From Lachnospiraceae bacterium (lineage in GTDB: Bacteria > Bacillota > Clostridia > Lachnospirales > Lachnospiraceae), in the NCBI GenBank assembly GCA_036653135.1, contig JAVVUO010000009.1, positions 890-64,889 on the forward strand: a stretch of 64,000 nt of DNA, in the 5' to 3' direction. The translations under genes and the position numbers were made by a program. The notes beneath the pieces were generated by a model. The model ran no database searches and was not told where the DNA came from. It worked only from the letters and a program-made list of their open reading frames with translations. Positions 30,959 through 41,017 of the stretch are shown one piece after another; position 1 is the first letter of the stretch; each line of letters starts with the position of its first letter.

Positions 30959-32362
30959 CTATTCTATCACTTTATTGTCATTCTGACAAGTATCAGGTAT
31001 GGAAGATTCTGGATACAAATTCTCTCCATCCTGCTCCTTTGCTTCCTCTTGAGCCTCGGTCACCCTTACGGTTTGAATCATTTTGTTTTTCACTGACACT
31101 ACCTGAAAATTCCAGCCATTTTCCGTAATTTCAAATTGTTCATTATCTCCTGGTATCTTGTCAATGAGTGAAATTAGATATCCATTTAAGGTATCGTATT
31201 CTTCCTCATCCACGGTCATCTGTAAAGTATCACAAACTTCATCAAAAGGTGCCATACCATTCATGACATAACCACCCTCTAATTGTTCCACAATCATGGT
31301 ATCATCTTCATCATATTCATCTAATATATTTCCTACGATTTCTTCTAGAATATCTTCCATTGCCACAATTCCAGCAGTTTGACCATATTCATCGACTACT
31401 ACTACCATATGGTTCTTCTGTGACTGCATACTTTTAAATAATGCATTGATATTTCTAGTTTCCGGAATAAATACCGCTTCCCTTACTAAACCTGGAATAT
31501 CTTGAATTTCCCAGTTCAAATACTGTGTCTGTCTGCTTTGAATCATAACATCCTTAATATGTATAATACCAATAATATTATCAATATCTTCTTTGTATAC
31601 CGGAAAACGAGAATTGTTCTTGTCTAACATAAATTGAAGCACATCCTGAAGGTTCATACTGCCGTCAATCACAACCATATGCTTTCGATGTGTCATAATA
31701 TCTTTGGCTTCTTTATCATCAAACTCAAAAATATTATGTATCATTTCTGCTTCACTTGCTTGAAGAACTCCTTGTTCGTGTCCTTCCTTTACCATAGAAA
31801 TAATCTCTTCTTCTGTGACATCATCAATTCTTTCGTAGGGGTCAATTCCCGCTAAACGCACCACCAAGTTAGATAACTTCTCTGTTAAATATGAGTAAGG
31901 ACGTAATACTAACATCATCATATGTACTATCCCAGCTAAGCGAAAGAGCCACTGGTGTGGACATCTTGCAGCAATTTTTTGGGGGGCAAGGACACCAATT
32001 GCAGTAAACAAAAAAATACATCCTATTGCAGCAGCTGTATAACATAACATATGAAGATAAATGCTGGCGTCTTCATTTAAAACATTCTGAATTAACATTC
32101 CACCAAACAGGCGTACTTGATAAATTCCAAAAATAACGCTGACGAACGTTACTAAACTTTGAATGGTATGTTTTGTATTATAAGGGGAATCTAATACCGT
32201 CAAAAGCCATTGCGCCTGCTTATCTCCTTCTTCTGCTTTTCGCTCCACTTGACTCTCTGCTACCTCATCTAGCGCGGTAAGAAATCCATAAAATATACCA
32301 TCCAATATCAGCAACACTAAAAACACTATAAGTCCTATGACCGGACTCCCGCCATCATCCAT
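30959..32362 (-). CDS. HlyC/CorC (hemolysin-family) CNNM-CBS transporter
   Basis: N-terminal TM domain, AKDIMTHR, SRFPVY, VDEYGQTAGIVAMEDILEEIVG, CorC C-terminal domain; ATG 32362 after AAGGAG. Confidence 0.9.
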   Translation of the reverse strand: MDDGGSPVIGLIVFLVLLILDGIFYGFLTALDEVAESQVERKAEEGDKQAQWLLTVLDSPYNTKHTIQSLVTFVSVIFGIYQVRLFGGMLIQNVLNEDASIYLHMLCYTAAAIGCIFLFTAIGVLAPQKIAARCPHQWLFRLAGIVHMMMLVLRPYSYLTEKLSNLVVRLAGIDPYERIDDVTEEEIISMVKEGHEQGVLQASEAEMIHNIFEFDDKEAKDIMTHRKHMVVIDGSMNLQDVLQFMLDKNNSRFPVYKEDIDNIIGIIHIKDVMIQSRQTQYLNWEIQDIPGLVREAVFIPETRNINALFKSMQSQKNHMVVVVDEYGQTAGIVAMEDILEEIVGNILDEYDEDDTMIVEQLEGGYVMNGMAPFDEVCDTLQMTVDEEEYDTLNGYLISLIDKIPGDNEQFEITENGWNFQVVSVKNKMIQTVRVTEAQEEAKEQDGENLYPESSIPDTCQNDNKVIE

Positions 32363-32426
32363 TTTAATAACTCCTTTTTTCCATTTTCCTTTTGTACGTT
32401 GCATTTTCTATACAGTAAACACTTGA

Positions 32427-32455
32427 AATATACCATTTTAAAGAATATTAGTCAA
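32427..32455 (-). promoter_or_regulatory. sigA-type promoter of the CorC gene
   Basis: TTGACT-N17-TATATT on the minus strand. Confidence 0.6.
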
Positions 32456-32465
32456 GAATTTTTGC

Positions 32466-32813
32466 TTATGTATATAATTCTAAACTGATTTCCAGTGCTT
32501 TATCTACTTTTTTCAAGACTACACTGTCTAAATGACAAACTTTATCTTTTAACCGCTGTTTATCTATAGTACGAAGCTGTTCTAAAAGTACCACAGAATC
32601 CTTAACCAAATCATACTTTCCTGCATCTAGCTCCACATGAGTTGGAAGCTTTGCTTTATTCATCTTAGATGTTATTGCCGCACAGATTACCGTTGGGCTA
32701 TGGCGGTTGCCAATATCATTTTGTATAATAAGCACTGGTCGTATTCCACCTTGCTCTGACCCGATAACCGGGCGTAAATCTGCATAAAATATATCCCCTC
32801 TATGAATTATCAC
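32466..32813 (-). CDS. mazF: MazF/PemK (NdoA-like) endoribonuclease toxin
   Basis: [40 protein letters not shown]...KLPTHVE...[12 protein letters not shown]; GTG 32813 after GGAG. Confidence 0.93.
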   Translation of the reverse strand: MIIHRGDIFYADLRPVIGSEQGGIRPVLIIQNDIGNRHSPTVICAAITSKMNKAKLPTHVELDAGKYDLVKDSVVLLEQLRTIDKQRLKDKVCHLDSVVLKKVDKALEISLELYT

Positions 32814-32881
32814 ATTATCACACTCCAAAATTTTTATAGGTTATTTCCTATTCTTCCCAATTTTTTCGTGTGTATACTGTT

Positions 32882-34051
32882 TTATTCATTAAAATAATCT
32901 TTTGTCTGTACTACTTTTCCTGATTTTGTATATACTCTTGGAATTCGTTTGCTTAAATCACAGGCAAATTCATAATTAAATCTTCCTGATAATTCCCCCA
33001 GTTCCTCAAGTGATATGTTATTTTCTCCTTGACGCCCTACTAATACCACTTCATTTCCCTCTGCTGCCTGTGGAATATTAGTAACATCTACCATAAACTG
33101 ATCCATACAGATTCTTCCGCAAATAGGTGCCTTTTTTCCCTGTATTAAGACGTATCCTCGATTGGATAAACTTCTAGGGTAACCATCTCCGTAGCCTATT
33201 GGAATCGTTGCAATGCGTTGTGTTTGCTTTGTTTCATAAGTAGCCCCATAGCTAATAGTTCTGCCTTTTTCTAATTCCTTGAGAAATACAATTTGACTTT
33301 TTAAGGATAATACCGGCTGTAAATCAATATTTTCCTTGTGTACTTCATTGGATGGCCACATGCCGTATAAACTAATTCCAGCACGCACCACGTTCATGCT
33401 GGCATCTGGCATATCAATAATAGCTGCACTATTGGCACAATGAGTCATTGGAATAGAAATACTGCGCTTTGCAAGCATTTCATTCATTTGTTGGAACCGA
33501 TTCAGCTGTTGACGTGCCATGGTCTTATCCTTTGCATCTGACTTAGCAAAATGAGTAAAAATTCCCTCCAATATGATATGTGGCATCTTAGCAATTTGTG
33601 CTATTTCATCTGCATCTTTTTCTGTTACCTGAAATCCAAGCCGGCTCAGTCCAGTATCTATTTTTACATGAATCATTATTTTTTTATTTAATTTTTCAGC
33701 GACATCTTCCATCTGCTGTGCCTGACGTAAAGAATAAACGGTTGCCCGAATGGCATCATCTGCCAAAAGCTCATAATGCTCCATAAAAGTGGCTCCCAAT
33801 ACCAAAATGGGCTTTTTAAGTCCATTTCTACGCAAAATATGCGCCTCTTCCACCGTGGCAGCGGCATATCCCCAAGTATCCTCCAAAGTCTCTAATTCCA
33901 TGCCAATGGGCACTGCTCCATGTCCATATCCGTCCGTTTTAATCACTCCCATAATTTTTGTATTGGGATGAATCAGTTTATGCATCTGCTCCATATTGTG
34001 ATGAATTGCATCTAGATTGATTTCGGCATATACTCTGCTGTATGTCTTCAT
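32882..34051 (-). CDS. alr: Alanine racemase
   Basis: VIKTDGYGHG (PLP Lys), GIFTHFAKSD, ISYG, IGYGDGYPR, GRICMDQ. Confidence 0.95.
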   Translation of the reverse strand: MKTYSRVYAEINLDAIHHNMEQMHKLIHPNTKIMGVIKTDGYGHGAVPIGMELETLEDTWGYAAATVEEAHILRRNGLKKPILVLGATFMEHYELLADDAIRATVYSLRQAQQMEDVAEKLNKKIMIHVKIDTGLSRLGFQVTEKDADEIAQIAKMPHIILEGIFTHFAKSDAKDKTMARQQLNRFQQMNEMLAKRSISIPMTHCANSAAIIDMPDASMNVVRAGISLYGMWPSNEVHKENIDLQPVLSLKSQIVFLKELEKGRTISYGATYETKQTQRIATIPIGYGDGYPRSLSNRGYVLIQGKKAPICGRICMDQFMVDVTNIPQAAEGNEVVLVGRQGENNISLEELGELSGRFNYEFACDLSKRIPRVYTKSGKVVQTKDYFNE

Positions 34052-34076
34052 AATAATTCCTTCCCTGCTTACTTCT

Positions 34077-35567
34077 TTATTTTGTCAGTTCTCTGATTCC
34101 GGTAATTAAATCTCCAGCCAAAAGTCCGTATGTTCCCACTTGTTTCACCATAATATCTCCGGCTTTTCCATGAATATAAACTCCAAGAGGAGCTGCCTTT
34201 TCCGGTTTTAGTCCCTGGGCAATCAAGCCTGCGATGACACCTGTTAAAACATCACCAGAGCCTGCTGTTGCCATACCATTATTTCCACTTGTATTAATCC
34301 ATCCAGTTCCATCTGGGAGTGCGATTACCGTTCTAGCATCTTTTAAAACACATATTACATTATATTCCTTTGCAAAATCTCGTGCAACCTGCAATAATTG
34401 CTTTTGTATGTCAATGATGCTTTTTCCAGTTAGCCTTTCCATTTCCCCTAGATGAGGTGTGATGATAATAGGCACATTGGATTCTTTTAACCACTCTAAA
34501 TGATCAGACAAAATAGTTAATGCATCTGCATCTAAGATCAGAGGTACCTTACTGTATGCTAAAAGTATTTCTATCATTTCAAATGCTGCTTCTCCCATGC
34601 CCATGCCAGGTCCTGCTACGATAATCCTTGCCCAGTCCATGTTTTGTTTTAATTGTTCTTTTCCTTGCTCTGTTGTGTCATAAGTTGTAAGAATCGCTTC
34701 CGGAAATTGCTGCTGAATAATAATGCGATTTGCATCTTCTGTGAAAATATGAACCAGTCCTGCGCCCATTACAGCGGCGGCTTTTCCACTGAGCAATGCA
34801 GCACCTGCCATGTTTTTATGCCCTGCAATCGTAAGAACCTTTCCATAAGTGCCTTTATTGGAATACGATTTTCGCTTTGGTATTTGCAGCAAATCTATTT
34901 CATCCATTAGGTATGTTTGTATTTCATCCACTGGAATGCCAAAGGTATCAATGCCTATATCTGCGCAAATAACTTTACCTGCATATTCAGTTCCTGGATA
35001 TAATAGCAGTCCTATTTTATAAAAAGCAAAAGTCACCGTGATATCTGCCCGAAAAGCCACCCCCATTACAGCACCAGTATCTCCTTTAATTCCAGAGGGA
35101 ATATCAAGCGCTATTTTATATCCACACATTTCATTCATTTTTTCTACATATTCCCGATAAATGCCGGTTAAATCTCTAGTAAGTCCAATACCAAATAAAG
35201 CATCTATGATAATATCAAAGTTTTCATCCGGTATTTTATCTTTTACTGGTATTCCATAAGCTTCAAGGGTTTCCTTTTGACATTGGGTTTCCAATGATAG
35301 TTTGTTCCCACTTGGAATCAGAACCAAAATAACATGATATCCCATTCTGTTTAGAATTCGTCCAGTACAAAGTCCATCTCCCCCGTTATTTCCGGTTCCG
35401 CAAACCAAAAGAATCTGTGGTTTTTCCGGATGTGCCCAATATTTCACAATTTCATTTACCACACATAAAGACGCACGTTCCATTAAAACTAACGATGGTA
35501 TTTTAAATCGTGTTGTAGTTGCTTCATCACATAACTTCATTTGTCTGTTGCTTACTGCTGGCTTCAT
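34077..35567 (-). CDS. nnr: Bifunctional NAD(P)HX epimerase/dehydratase
   Basis: LVLMERAS, GTGNNGGDGL, DALFGIGL, ILDADAL, TPHLGEM, MATAGSGDVLTG. Confidence 0.93.
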   Translation of the reverse strand: MKPAVSNRQMKLCDEATTTRFKIPSLVLMERASLCVVNEIVKYWAHPEKPQILLVCGTGNNGGDGLCTGRILNRMGYHVILVLIPSGNKLSLETQCQKETLEAYGIPVKDKIPDENFDIIIDALFGIGLTRDLTGIYREYVEKMNEMCGYKIALDIPSGIKGDTGAVMGVAFRADITVTFAFYKIGLLLYPGTEYAGKVICADIGIDTFGIPVDEIQTYLMDEIDLLQIPKRKSYSNKGTYGKVLTIAGHKNMAGAALLSGKAAAVMGAGLVHIFTEDANRIIIQQQFPEAILTTYDTTEQGKEQLKQNMDWARIIVAGPGMGMGEAAFEMIEILLAYSKVPLILDADALTILSDHLEWLKESNVPIIITPHLGEMERLTGKSIIDIQKQLLQVARDFAKEYNVICVLKDARTVIALPDGTGWINTSGNNGMATAGSGDVLTGVIAGLIAQGLKPEKAAPLGVYIHGKAGDIMVKQVGTYGLLAGDLITGIRELTK

Positions 35568-35648
35568 ATCTGTTTTTCACCTTTTCTATATTAGTGTTAA
35601 ATAGAAAAAAAGACACTCCTAACAATGTAAGCTGCTAAGACTGCCCTT

Positions 35649-36263
35649 TTAAGTTTGATCTATTTCTTCAACATTTACATCAAATACATCTATCATCTGA
35701 GCACCTAAAATATCATGCAGGTATGAGTACATTTCTCTATTTAAATCATCTATATTTTGCTTATAAATTATTTTTTTCTTTAATTCAATACGAATTCTTG
35801 TAATCCATGCACCAATTTCCTTACTTTCTTCCTCATTTTCTCTCATTTTCCCATAACAATAGGACATGGTGGCTACCATCAATTGTTCATTTATTTCTTT
35901 CATCCGTGTGGGAAGTGCTTCCAGTTCATCTTCATAATCTTCTATTTTTTCATTGATTTCTCCAATGAACTTTCTATCTGCTTTCAGTTTTTTGGATTCC
36001 TGTCCGCTTTCTTTGATTTCATCCATATTGATTACAATATTGGTCAATAATTTACTTTTTAAATTTTTCAGCTCTTTTAATTCCTGATTTAAGTATCCCT
36101 GCCTTGCTAAGGAAGCATTTAATTCTTTTTCAATTTTTTGCACTCGCCTTGGCTTTTCCTCTGCTGCAAACAGACTATGCCACTTTTGATCTAGTACTAG
36201 TAATGGTAATTTCTGCTTATGTAATATTTCTTTAAAATCTGGTTTTGCATCGCTTCGATTCAT
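35649..36263 (-). CDS. Hypothetical coiled-coil protein
   Basis: 204-aa K/E-rich ORF starting 4 bp after the rex stop. Confidence 0.75.
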   Translation of the reverse strand: MNRSDAKPDFKEILHKQKLPLLVLDQKWHSLFAAEEKPRRVQKIEKELNASLARQGYLNQELKELKNLKSKLLTNIVINMDEIKESGQESKKLKADRKFIGEINEKIEDYEDELEALPTRMKEINEQLMVATMSYCYGKMRENEEESKEIGAWITRIRIELKKKIIYKQNIDDLNREMYSYLHDILGAQMIDVFDVNVEEIDQT

Positions 36264-36267
36264 ATTC

Positions 36268-36915
36268 TCACTTTTTACCGTTTCTTTGTTTCTGTTTTGC
36301 TATGTTATAAGATAACTGCATCAAACTGTCGGAAAGATGTACGTTCTCAACAACAACATAATCTGGCAGTTCCAAATCCAAATGTGCAAAATTCCAAATT
36401 GCATTAATTCCAAAATCCACTAGCATATTTGCTACTTCATCGGCTTTGCCCTTGGGCATAGTTAAGGCTGCAATATCAACTTGATTGTACTTCATAAATT
36501 CTTCCAATTCATCCATCATACGTACCTTAATACCACGGACTGAAATTCCTTTGATAGCAGGATTTACATCAAAAAGTCCAATAATGACAAAACCACGTTT
36601 TTCAAATTGTACGTAGTTAGCAAGTGCCTGACCCAAGTTGCCTGCTCCGATTACAATAATATTGTGCTGTTGATTCATGCCTAAAATCTTTCCAATTTCA
36701 TCATATAAATATTTTACATTGTATCCATATCCCTGCTGTCCAAAACCACCAAAATTATTTAAATCCTGACGAATTTGTGATGCAGTTACTCGCATTTTTG
36801 TACTTAGTTCATTAGATGAAATTCTTTCTACTCCGATATCTATTAATTCACCTAGGTAACGGTAGTATCTTGGCATCCGGCGAATCACTGCCTGCGATAT
36901 TTCCTTTTCTTCCAT
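36268..36915 (-). CDS. rex: Redox-sensing repressor Rex
   Basis: VIRRMPRYYRYL, QIRQDLNNFGGFGQQGYGYNV, GAGNLG, IWNFAH. Confidence 0.97.
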   Translation of the reverse strand: MEEKEISQAVIRRMPRYYRYLGELIDIGVERISSNELSTKMRVTASQIRQDLNNFGGFGQQGYGYNVKYLYDEIGKILGMNQQHNIIVIGAGNLGQALANYVQFEKRGFVIIGLFDVNPAIKGISVRGIKVRMMDELEEFMKYNQVDIAALTMPKGKADEVANMLVDFGINAIWNFAHLDLELPDYVVVENVHLSDSLMQLSYNIAKQKQRNGKK

Positions 36916-36997
36916 TGAGGTTCCTCCTAGATGCATATTATCCTATTACTATGTTATTCACTGTAAATAGTAACATTATCATGCATAATCTGTTATT

Positions 36998-37026
36998 ATT
37001 ATAATGAATTCACCGGTGTATGTCAA
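36998..37026 (-). promoter_or_regulatory. Consensus sigA promoter of rex
   Basis: Perfect TTGACA-N17-TATAAT on the minus strand. Confidence 0.8.
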
Positions 37027-37027
37027 T

Positions 37028-37045
37028 GTGTCAAAAAATTAACAT
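37028..37045. promoter_or_regulatory. Possible Rex operator next to the -35
   Basis: gTGTCAA-AAAA-TTAACAt versus the clostridial Rex box TTGTTAA-N4-TTAACAA. Confidence 0.4.
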
Positions 37046-37046
37046 A

Positions 37047-38954
37047 CTACATAAAAGTTTCCCATGTTTCATATAGTAATTCCAACTGTCGCTGCTTTTT
37101 GTCATATTCTTCATGTAGTTCCTGAAGTTTTACAGAATTAGTTGCAACTTCACTATCTGCAAATTGCTCCTCTATTTCAGCAATTCTTTCTTCTGTTTGC
37201 TCAATTGTTTCTTCTGTTTTCAGTCGCTGGTTCTCTAACTTTCGTATTCTCGCCTGCTCTTCTTTTTGCTGTTTCCAGTCTAGTTTTGTCTCACTTTCTA
37301 AGTCTGCTTGAAGTGATATTTCTTGGGATTTTACATAAATTTCCGTAAGTTCCTTACATTTTTCTAAATAGTAATCATAATTTCCAATGTAATTCACAAT
37401 GGTTTCACCTGTCAGATTTAAAATTCTTGTGGCCGTTTTATTGATAAAATAGCGGTCATGAGATACAAATAATACCGTTCCGGTATAGCTATTTAGTGCC
37501 TGTTCTAAAATTTCTTTGGAAGTAATATCTAAATGATTGGTAGGCTCATCCAAAATCAAAAAATTAGACTCTGAAAGCATTAGTTTTGCCAACGATACAC
37601 GCCCACGTTCTCCGCCGCTTAATTCTCCAATTCGTTTGAATACATCATCACCGGTGAATAAAAATGCTGCCAACACATTTCTGATTTGTGTATTGGTTAA
37701 ATCAGGATAATCATCTGATATTTCTTCTATTAAATTTTTCTCTTTGTGAAGCACTTGATGTTCCTGATCGTAATATCCGATATTTACATTGGCTCCTAAT
37801 TGAACTGTTCCCTTATCTGCCATTACCATATCATTGATGATTTTTAAAATAGTTGTTTTACCCGTCCCATTATCTCCTATTAAGGCAACTCGTTCACCAC
37901 GTTTTACCTCAAAAGAAATATTTGAAAACAATAGTTGGTTTGGATAAGATTTTGCTAGACACTCTATTTGTAACACATCATTTCCACTTACAATTCTAGG
38001 TTCTAGATGAATGTGAATATCTGTGTTTACGTCCGTTGGCTTATCTAGTTTGTCTATTTTATCCAGCATCTTTTCTCGGCTTTCTGCCCGTCTAATGGAT
38101 TTTTCACGATTAAATGATTTTAATTTTGTAATAACTTCTTCTTGATGCTTAATTTCTCTCTGCTGATTATAATATTGCTTTAACTTAGCTTCTCGTACTA
38201 GTGCACGTTTTTTAGCATAATCACTGTAATTTCCGCTAAAAGAAGAAACTTCTCTTCGGTCTAACTCCACAACTTTTTTGACTACGCGATCTAAAAAATA
38301 CCGGTCATGGGATACAATCAGCACCGCTCCCTTATAATTTAATAAAAAAGTCTCTAACCAAGTAATGGCATTGATGTCTAAATGGTTGGTTGGTTCATCC
38401 AATAAAATAATATCAGGCTTAGTTACCAATAATTTGCCAAGGCACACTCTAGTACGTTGACCACCAGATAATTCCTGCATATGCTTTTTAAATTCTTCTT
38501 CTGAAAAGCCAAGTCCTTTTAGCACACCTGTAATTTCACTTTGATAGGAGTATCCTCCCTTTAAGTCAAATTCATGATTAAGTCTGTTATAGGATTCAAG
38601 GAAAGATTCTAATTCCATACCTTGATACTGGCTCATGGCTTTTTCCATGGAAATTAATTTCTTCTCCATGGAAATAAGTGCTTCCTGGGCAGAAAGCACT
38701 TCCTGGTAAATCGTCTTATTTCCTGTTACATCCGGATTTTGTGGGAGATATCCCAGCGTTTTGTCCTTTGAAATAGTAACTTCTCCGGTATCAGCAGCCA
38801 TTTCTCCCACGATAATTCGAAGCAGCGTGGTTTTTCCAGCTCCATTAATCCCTACAAGTGCAGCCTTTTCATTTGCCTCTATATGAAAAGACGCATTTTG
38901 TATGATTTCATCTGTGCCAAAGGACTTACTTATATTTTGGCAGGCTAAAATCAT
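37047..38954 (-). CDS. ABC-F family ribosome-associated ATPase
   Basis: Two ABC cassettes (GINGAGKTT/LSGGQ/DEPTNHLD; GDNGTGKTT/LSGGE), no TM, coiled-coil tail. Confidence 0.93.
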   Translation of the reverse strand: MILACQNISKSFGTDEIIQNASFHIEANEKAALVGINGAGKTTLLRIIVGEMAADTGEVTISKDKTLGYLPQNPDVTGNKTIYQEVLSAQEALISMEKKLISMEKAMSQYQGMELESFLESYNRLNHEFDLKGGYSYQSEITGVLKGLGFSEEEFKKHMQELSGGQRTRVCLGKLLVTKPDIILLDEPTNHLDINAITWLETFLLNYKGAVLIVSHDRYFLDRVVKKVVELDRREVSSFSGNYSDYAKKRALVREAKLKQYYNQQREIKHQEEVITKLKSFNREKSIRRAESREKMLDKIDKLDKPTDVNTDIHIHLEPRIVSGNDVLQIECLAKSYPNQLLFSNISFEVKRGERVALIGDNGTGKTTILKIINDMVMADKGTVQLGANVNIGYYDQEHQVLHKEKNLIEEISDDYPDLTNTQIRNVLAAFLFTGDDVFKRIGELSGGERGRVSLAKLMLSESNFLILDEPTNHLDITSKEILEQALNSYTGTVLFVSHDRYFINKTATRILNLTGETIVNYIGNYDYYLEKCKELTEIYVKSQEISLQADLESETKLDWKQQKEEQARIRKLENQRLKTEETIEQTEERIAEIEEQFADSEVATNSVKLQELHEEYDKKQRQLELLYETWETFM

Positions 38955-39001
38955 CTCTTCTACCTCTTCTTTCTCAAATTGTAATAGTCAATCATTGCCG
39001 C

Positions 39002-40210
39002 TTATAAAGACTGCTCTAATGTCTTACGTACTGCTTTGATAAATTCCTCACTATTTAACACGGTGGGTTCTTTTAATGTAGTAATCAAGGCTAAATCTTT
39101 CGTCATTTTTCCATCTTCAATAGTAGCAAGACATGCTTTTTCTAACCGATTGGCAAATTCACACAATTGTGGAAGCTGATCTAGTTCTCCACGTTTATTC
39201 AATGCTCCTGTCCATGCAAAAATAGTTGCTACGGAATTGGTAGAAGTTTCTTCTCCCTTTAAGTGCTTGTAATAGTGACGCTGTACAGTTCCATGGGCTG
39301 CTTCATATTCATAGTATCCATCTGGAGATACCAGTACGGAAGTCATCATGGCAAGTGAACCAAAGGCAGAAGATACCATATCGCTCATGACATCTCCATC
39401 ATAATTCTTGCATGCCCAGATAAATCCGCCTTCTGCTTTCATGATACGTGCTACAGCATCATCAATTAACGTATAAAAATATTCTATTCCCGCTGCTTTA
39501 AATTTATCTGCAAATTCTCTTTCATATATTTCTTGAAAAATATCTTTAAAGGTATGGTCATATTTCTTGGAAATAGTGTCCTTAGTGGCAAACCATAAGT
39601 CCTGTCCAAGGTCTAATGCATAATTAAAACAGCTTTTTGCAAAACTTTCAATGGAGCTATTGAGATTATGCTGTCCTTGAATAATACCAGCACCGGTAAA
39701 ATCATGAATTAATTCTCTTGTTTGAGTACCATCTGCTGCGGTATAAACCAGTTCACATTTTCCAGGACCTGGTATTTTCATCTCAGATGCTTTATAGACA
39801 TCCCCATAAGCATGACGGGCAATGGTAATGGGTTTCTTCCAATTCTTCACACAAGGCTCAATTCCATTTACGGTAATAGGTGCACGAAATACCGTTCCAT
39901 CTAAAATGGCACGAATGGTTCCATTGGGACTTTTCCACATTTCCTTTAGATTATATTCTGTCATACGAGCTGCATTGGGTGTAATCGTTGCACATTTTAC
40001 GGCAACCCCATATTTCTTAGTAGCCTGAGCCGAATCAAACGTTACCTGGTCATTGGTCGCATTTCGACATTCCAGACCTAAATCATAATATTCTGTCTTT
40101 AATTCTAAAAATGGCTCTAAGAGTTCCTCTTTGATGATTTTCCAAAGAATTCTGGTCATTTCATCTCCGTCCATCTCTACTAAGGGTGTTGTCATTTTAA
40201 TTTTATCCAT
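39002..40210 (-). CDS. icd: NADP-dependent isocitrate dehydrogenase (eukaryote-like type)
   Basis: [46 protein letters not shown]. Confidence 0.96.
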   Translation of the reverse strand: MDKIKMTTPLVEMDGDEMTRILWKIIKEELLEPFLELKTEYYDLGLECRNATNDQVTFDSAQATKKYGVAVKCATITPNAARMTEYNLKEMWKSPNGTIRAILDGTVFRAPITVNGIEPCVKNWKKPITIARHAYGDVYKASEMKIPGPGKCELVYTAADGTQTRELIHDFTGAGIIQGQHNLNSSIESFAKSCFNYALDLGQDLWFATKDTISKKYDHTFKDIFQEIYEREFADKFKAAGIEYFYTLIDDAVARIMKAEGGFIWACKNYDGDVMSDMVSSAFGSLAMMTSVLVSPDGYYEYEAAHGTVQRHYYKHLKGEETSTNSVATIFAWTGALNKRGELDQLPQLCEFANRLEKACLATIEDGKMTKDLALITTLKEPTVLNSEEFIKAVRKTLEQSL

Positions 40211-40225
40211 GATTTTAGCCTCCTA

Positions 40226-40327
40226 TTATGTGAATTTTCCTGTGTTATGTGAAGTTCCCTGTATTATGTGAATTTTCCTGTGTTATGTGAATTTCTCTGT
40301 GTTATGTGAATTTTCCTGTGTTATGTG
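40226..40327. repeat. Tandem repeat, 19-bp unit x about 5.4
   Basis: Consensus TTATGTGAATTTTCCTGTG starting at 40226, 40245, 40264, 40283, 40302, partial at 40321. Confidence 0.95.
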
Positions 40328-40999
40328 TTACATTTTGGGATAGTTCACAATTTCTTCCCATCCATAAAAATCAATATTGTGAATGGTGTTAATCATATGA
40401 AGCGTTGCACAAGCCTCTGCTTTCTTTTCATCTTGTTCTTTTACTGCCACTAAAATTTGTTTATGTTCTTTATTGGATTCCACGGAACGCTTTTCCGATG
40501 CAAGTGTTACTTTTCGCACCCTTTCCAAATAGTGATGGTAATCTCTTAGTGCATGTTCCAACACTTTACTGGCACATGCTTCATACAAAATCTCATGAAA
40601 CCTTGTATCTAGTTCCACCAGTTGCTCAATATGTCCTTTTTGGGTATGAAATTCAGAAAGATACAGAATCTCTTCCAATTCTTCTAGCTGCTTTTGGGTA
40701 GCTCTGGTTGCGGCACGTTTGGCACACAATCCTTCTAGTACGGTACGAATTTCATAAATATCTTTAATGTCTTCTACGGTAAATCCTACTACATAAGCCC
40801 CCTTATTGGGAATAATAGATACCAGGCCTTCCAGTTCCAGCTGGCGCAGTGCCTCGCGAACAGGAGTCCTGCTTACACCTAATTCTTCTCCAATGGTCTT
40901 TTCCTTTAATTCTTCTTCCTTTTTATATGTTCCAGACAATATGTCTTCTCTTATTTTATGAAAGACCTGCTGTCCCAAGGAATGATTCTCCTCATTCAA
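40328..40999 (-). CDS. GntR/FadR-family regulator (FCD domain)
   Basis: LGVSRTPVREALRQLELEGLV...KGAYV, then FCD motifs D..FH and EHKQI; TTG start. Confidence 0.92.
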   Translation of the reverse strand: MNEENHSLGQQVFHKIREDILSGTYKKEEELKEKTIGEELGVSRTPVREALRQLELEGLVSIIPNKGAYVVGFTVEDIKDIYEIRTVLEGLCAKRAATRATQKQLEELEEILYLSEFHTQKGHIEQLVELDTRFHEILYEACASKVLEHALRDYHHYLERVRKVTLASEKRSVESNKEHKQILVAVKEQDEKKAEACATLHMINTIHNIDFYGWEEIVNYPKM

Positions 41000-41017
41000 A
41001 AAAAAACCTCCTTATAG

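Noticed and set aside
40226-40327. 19-bp repeats as a CRISPR array or Rex boxes
   Set aside because: Units are contiguous with no spacers and no cas genes are present; only one half (TGTGAA) resembles a Rex box
40998-41006. Poly(T)9 between the gntR RBS and its TTG start as a phase-variation switch
   Set aside because: Homopolymers of this length are common in this AT-rich sequence; no evidence of variation
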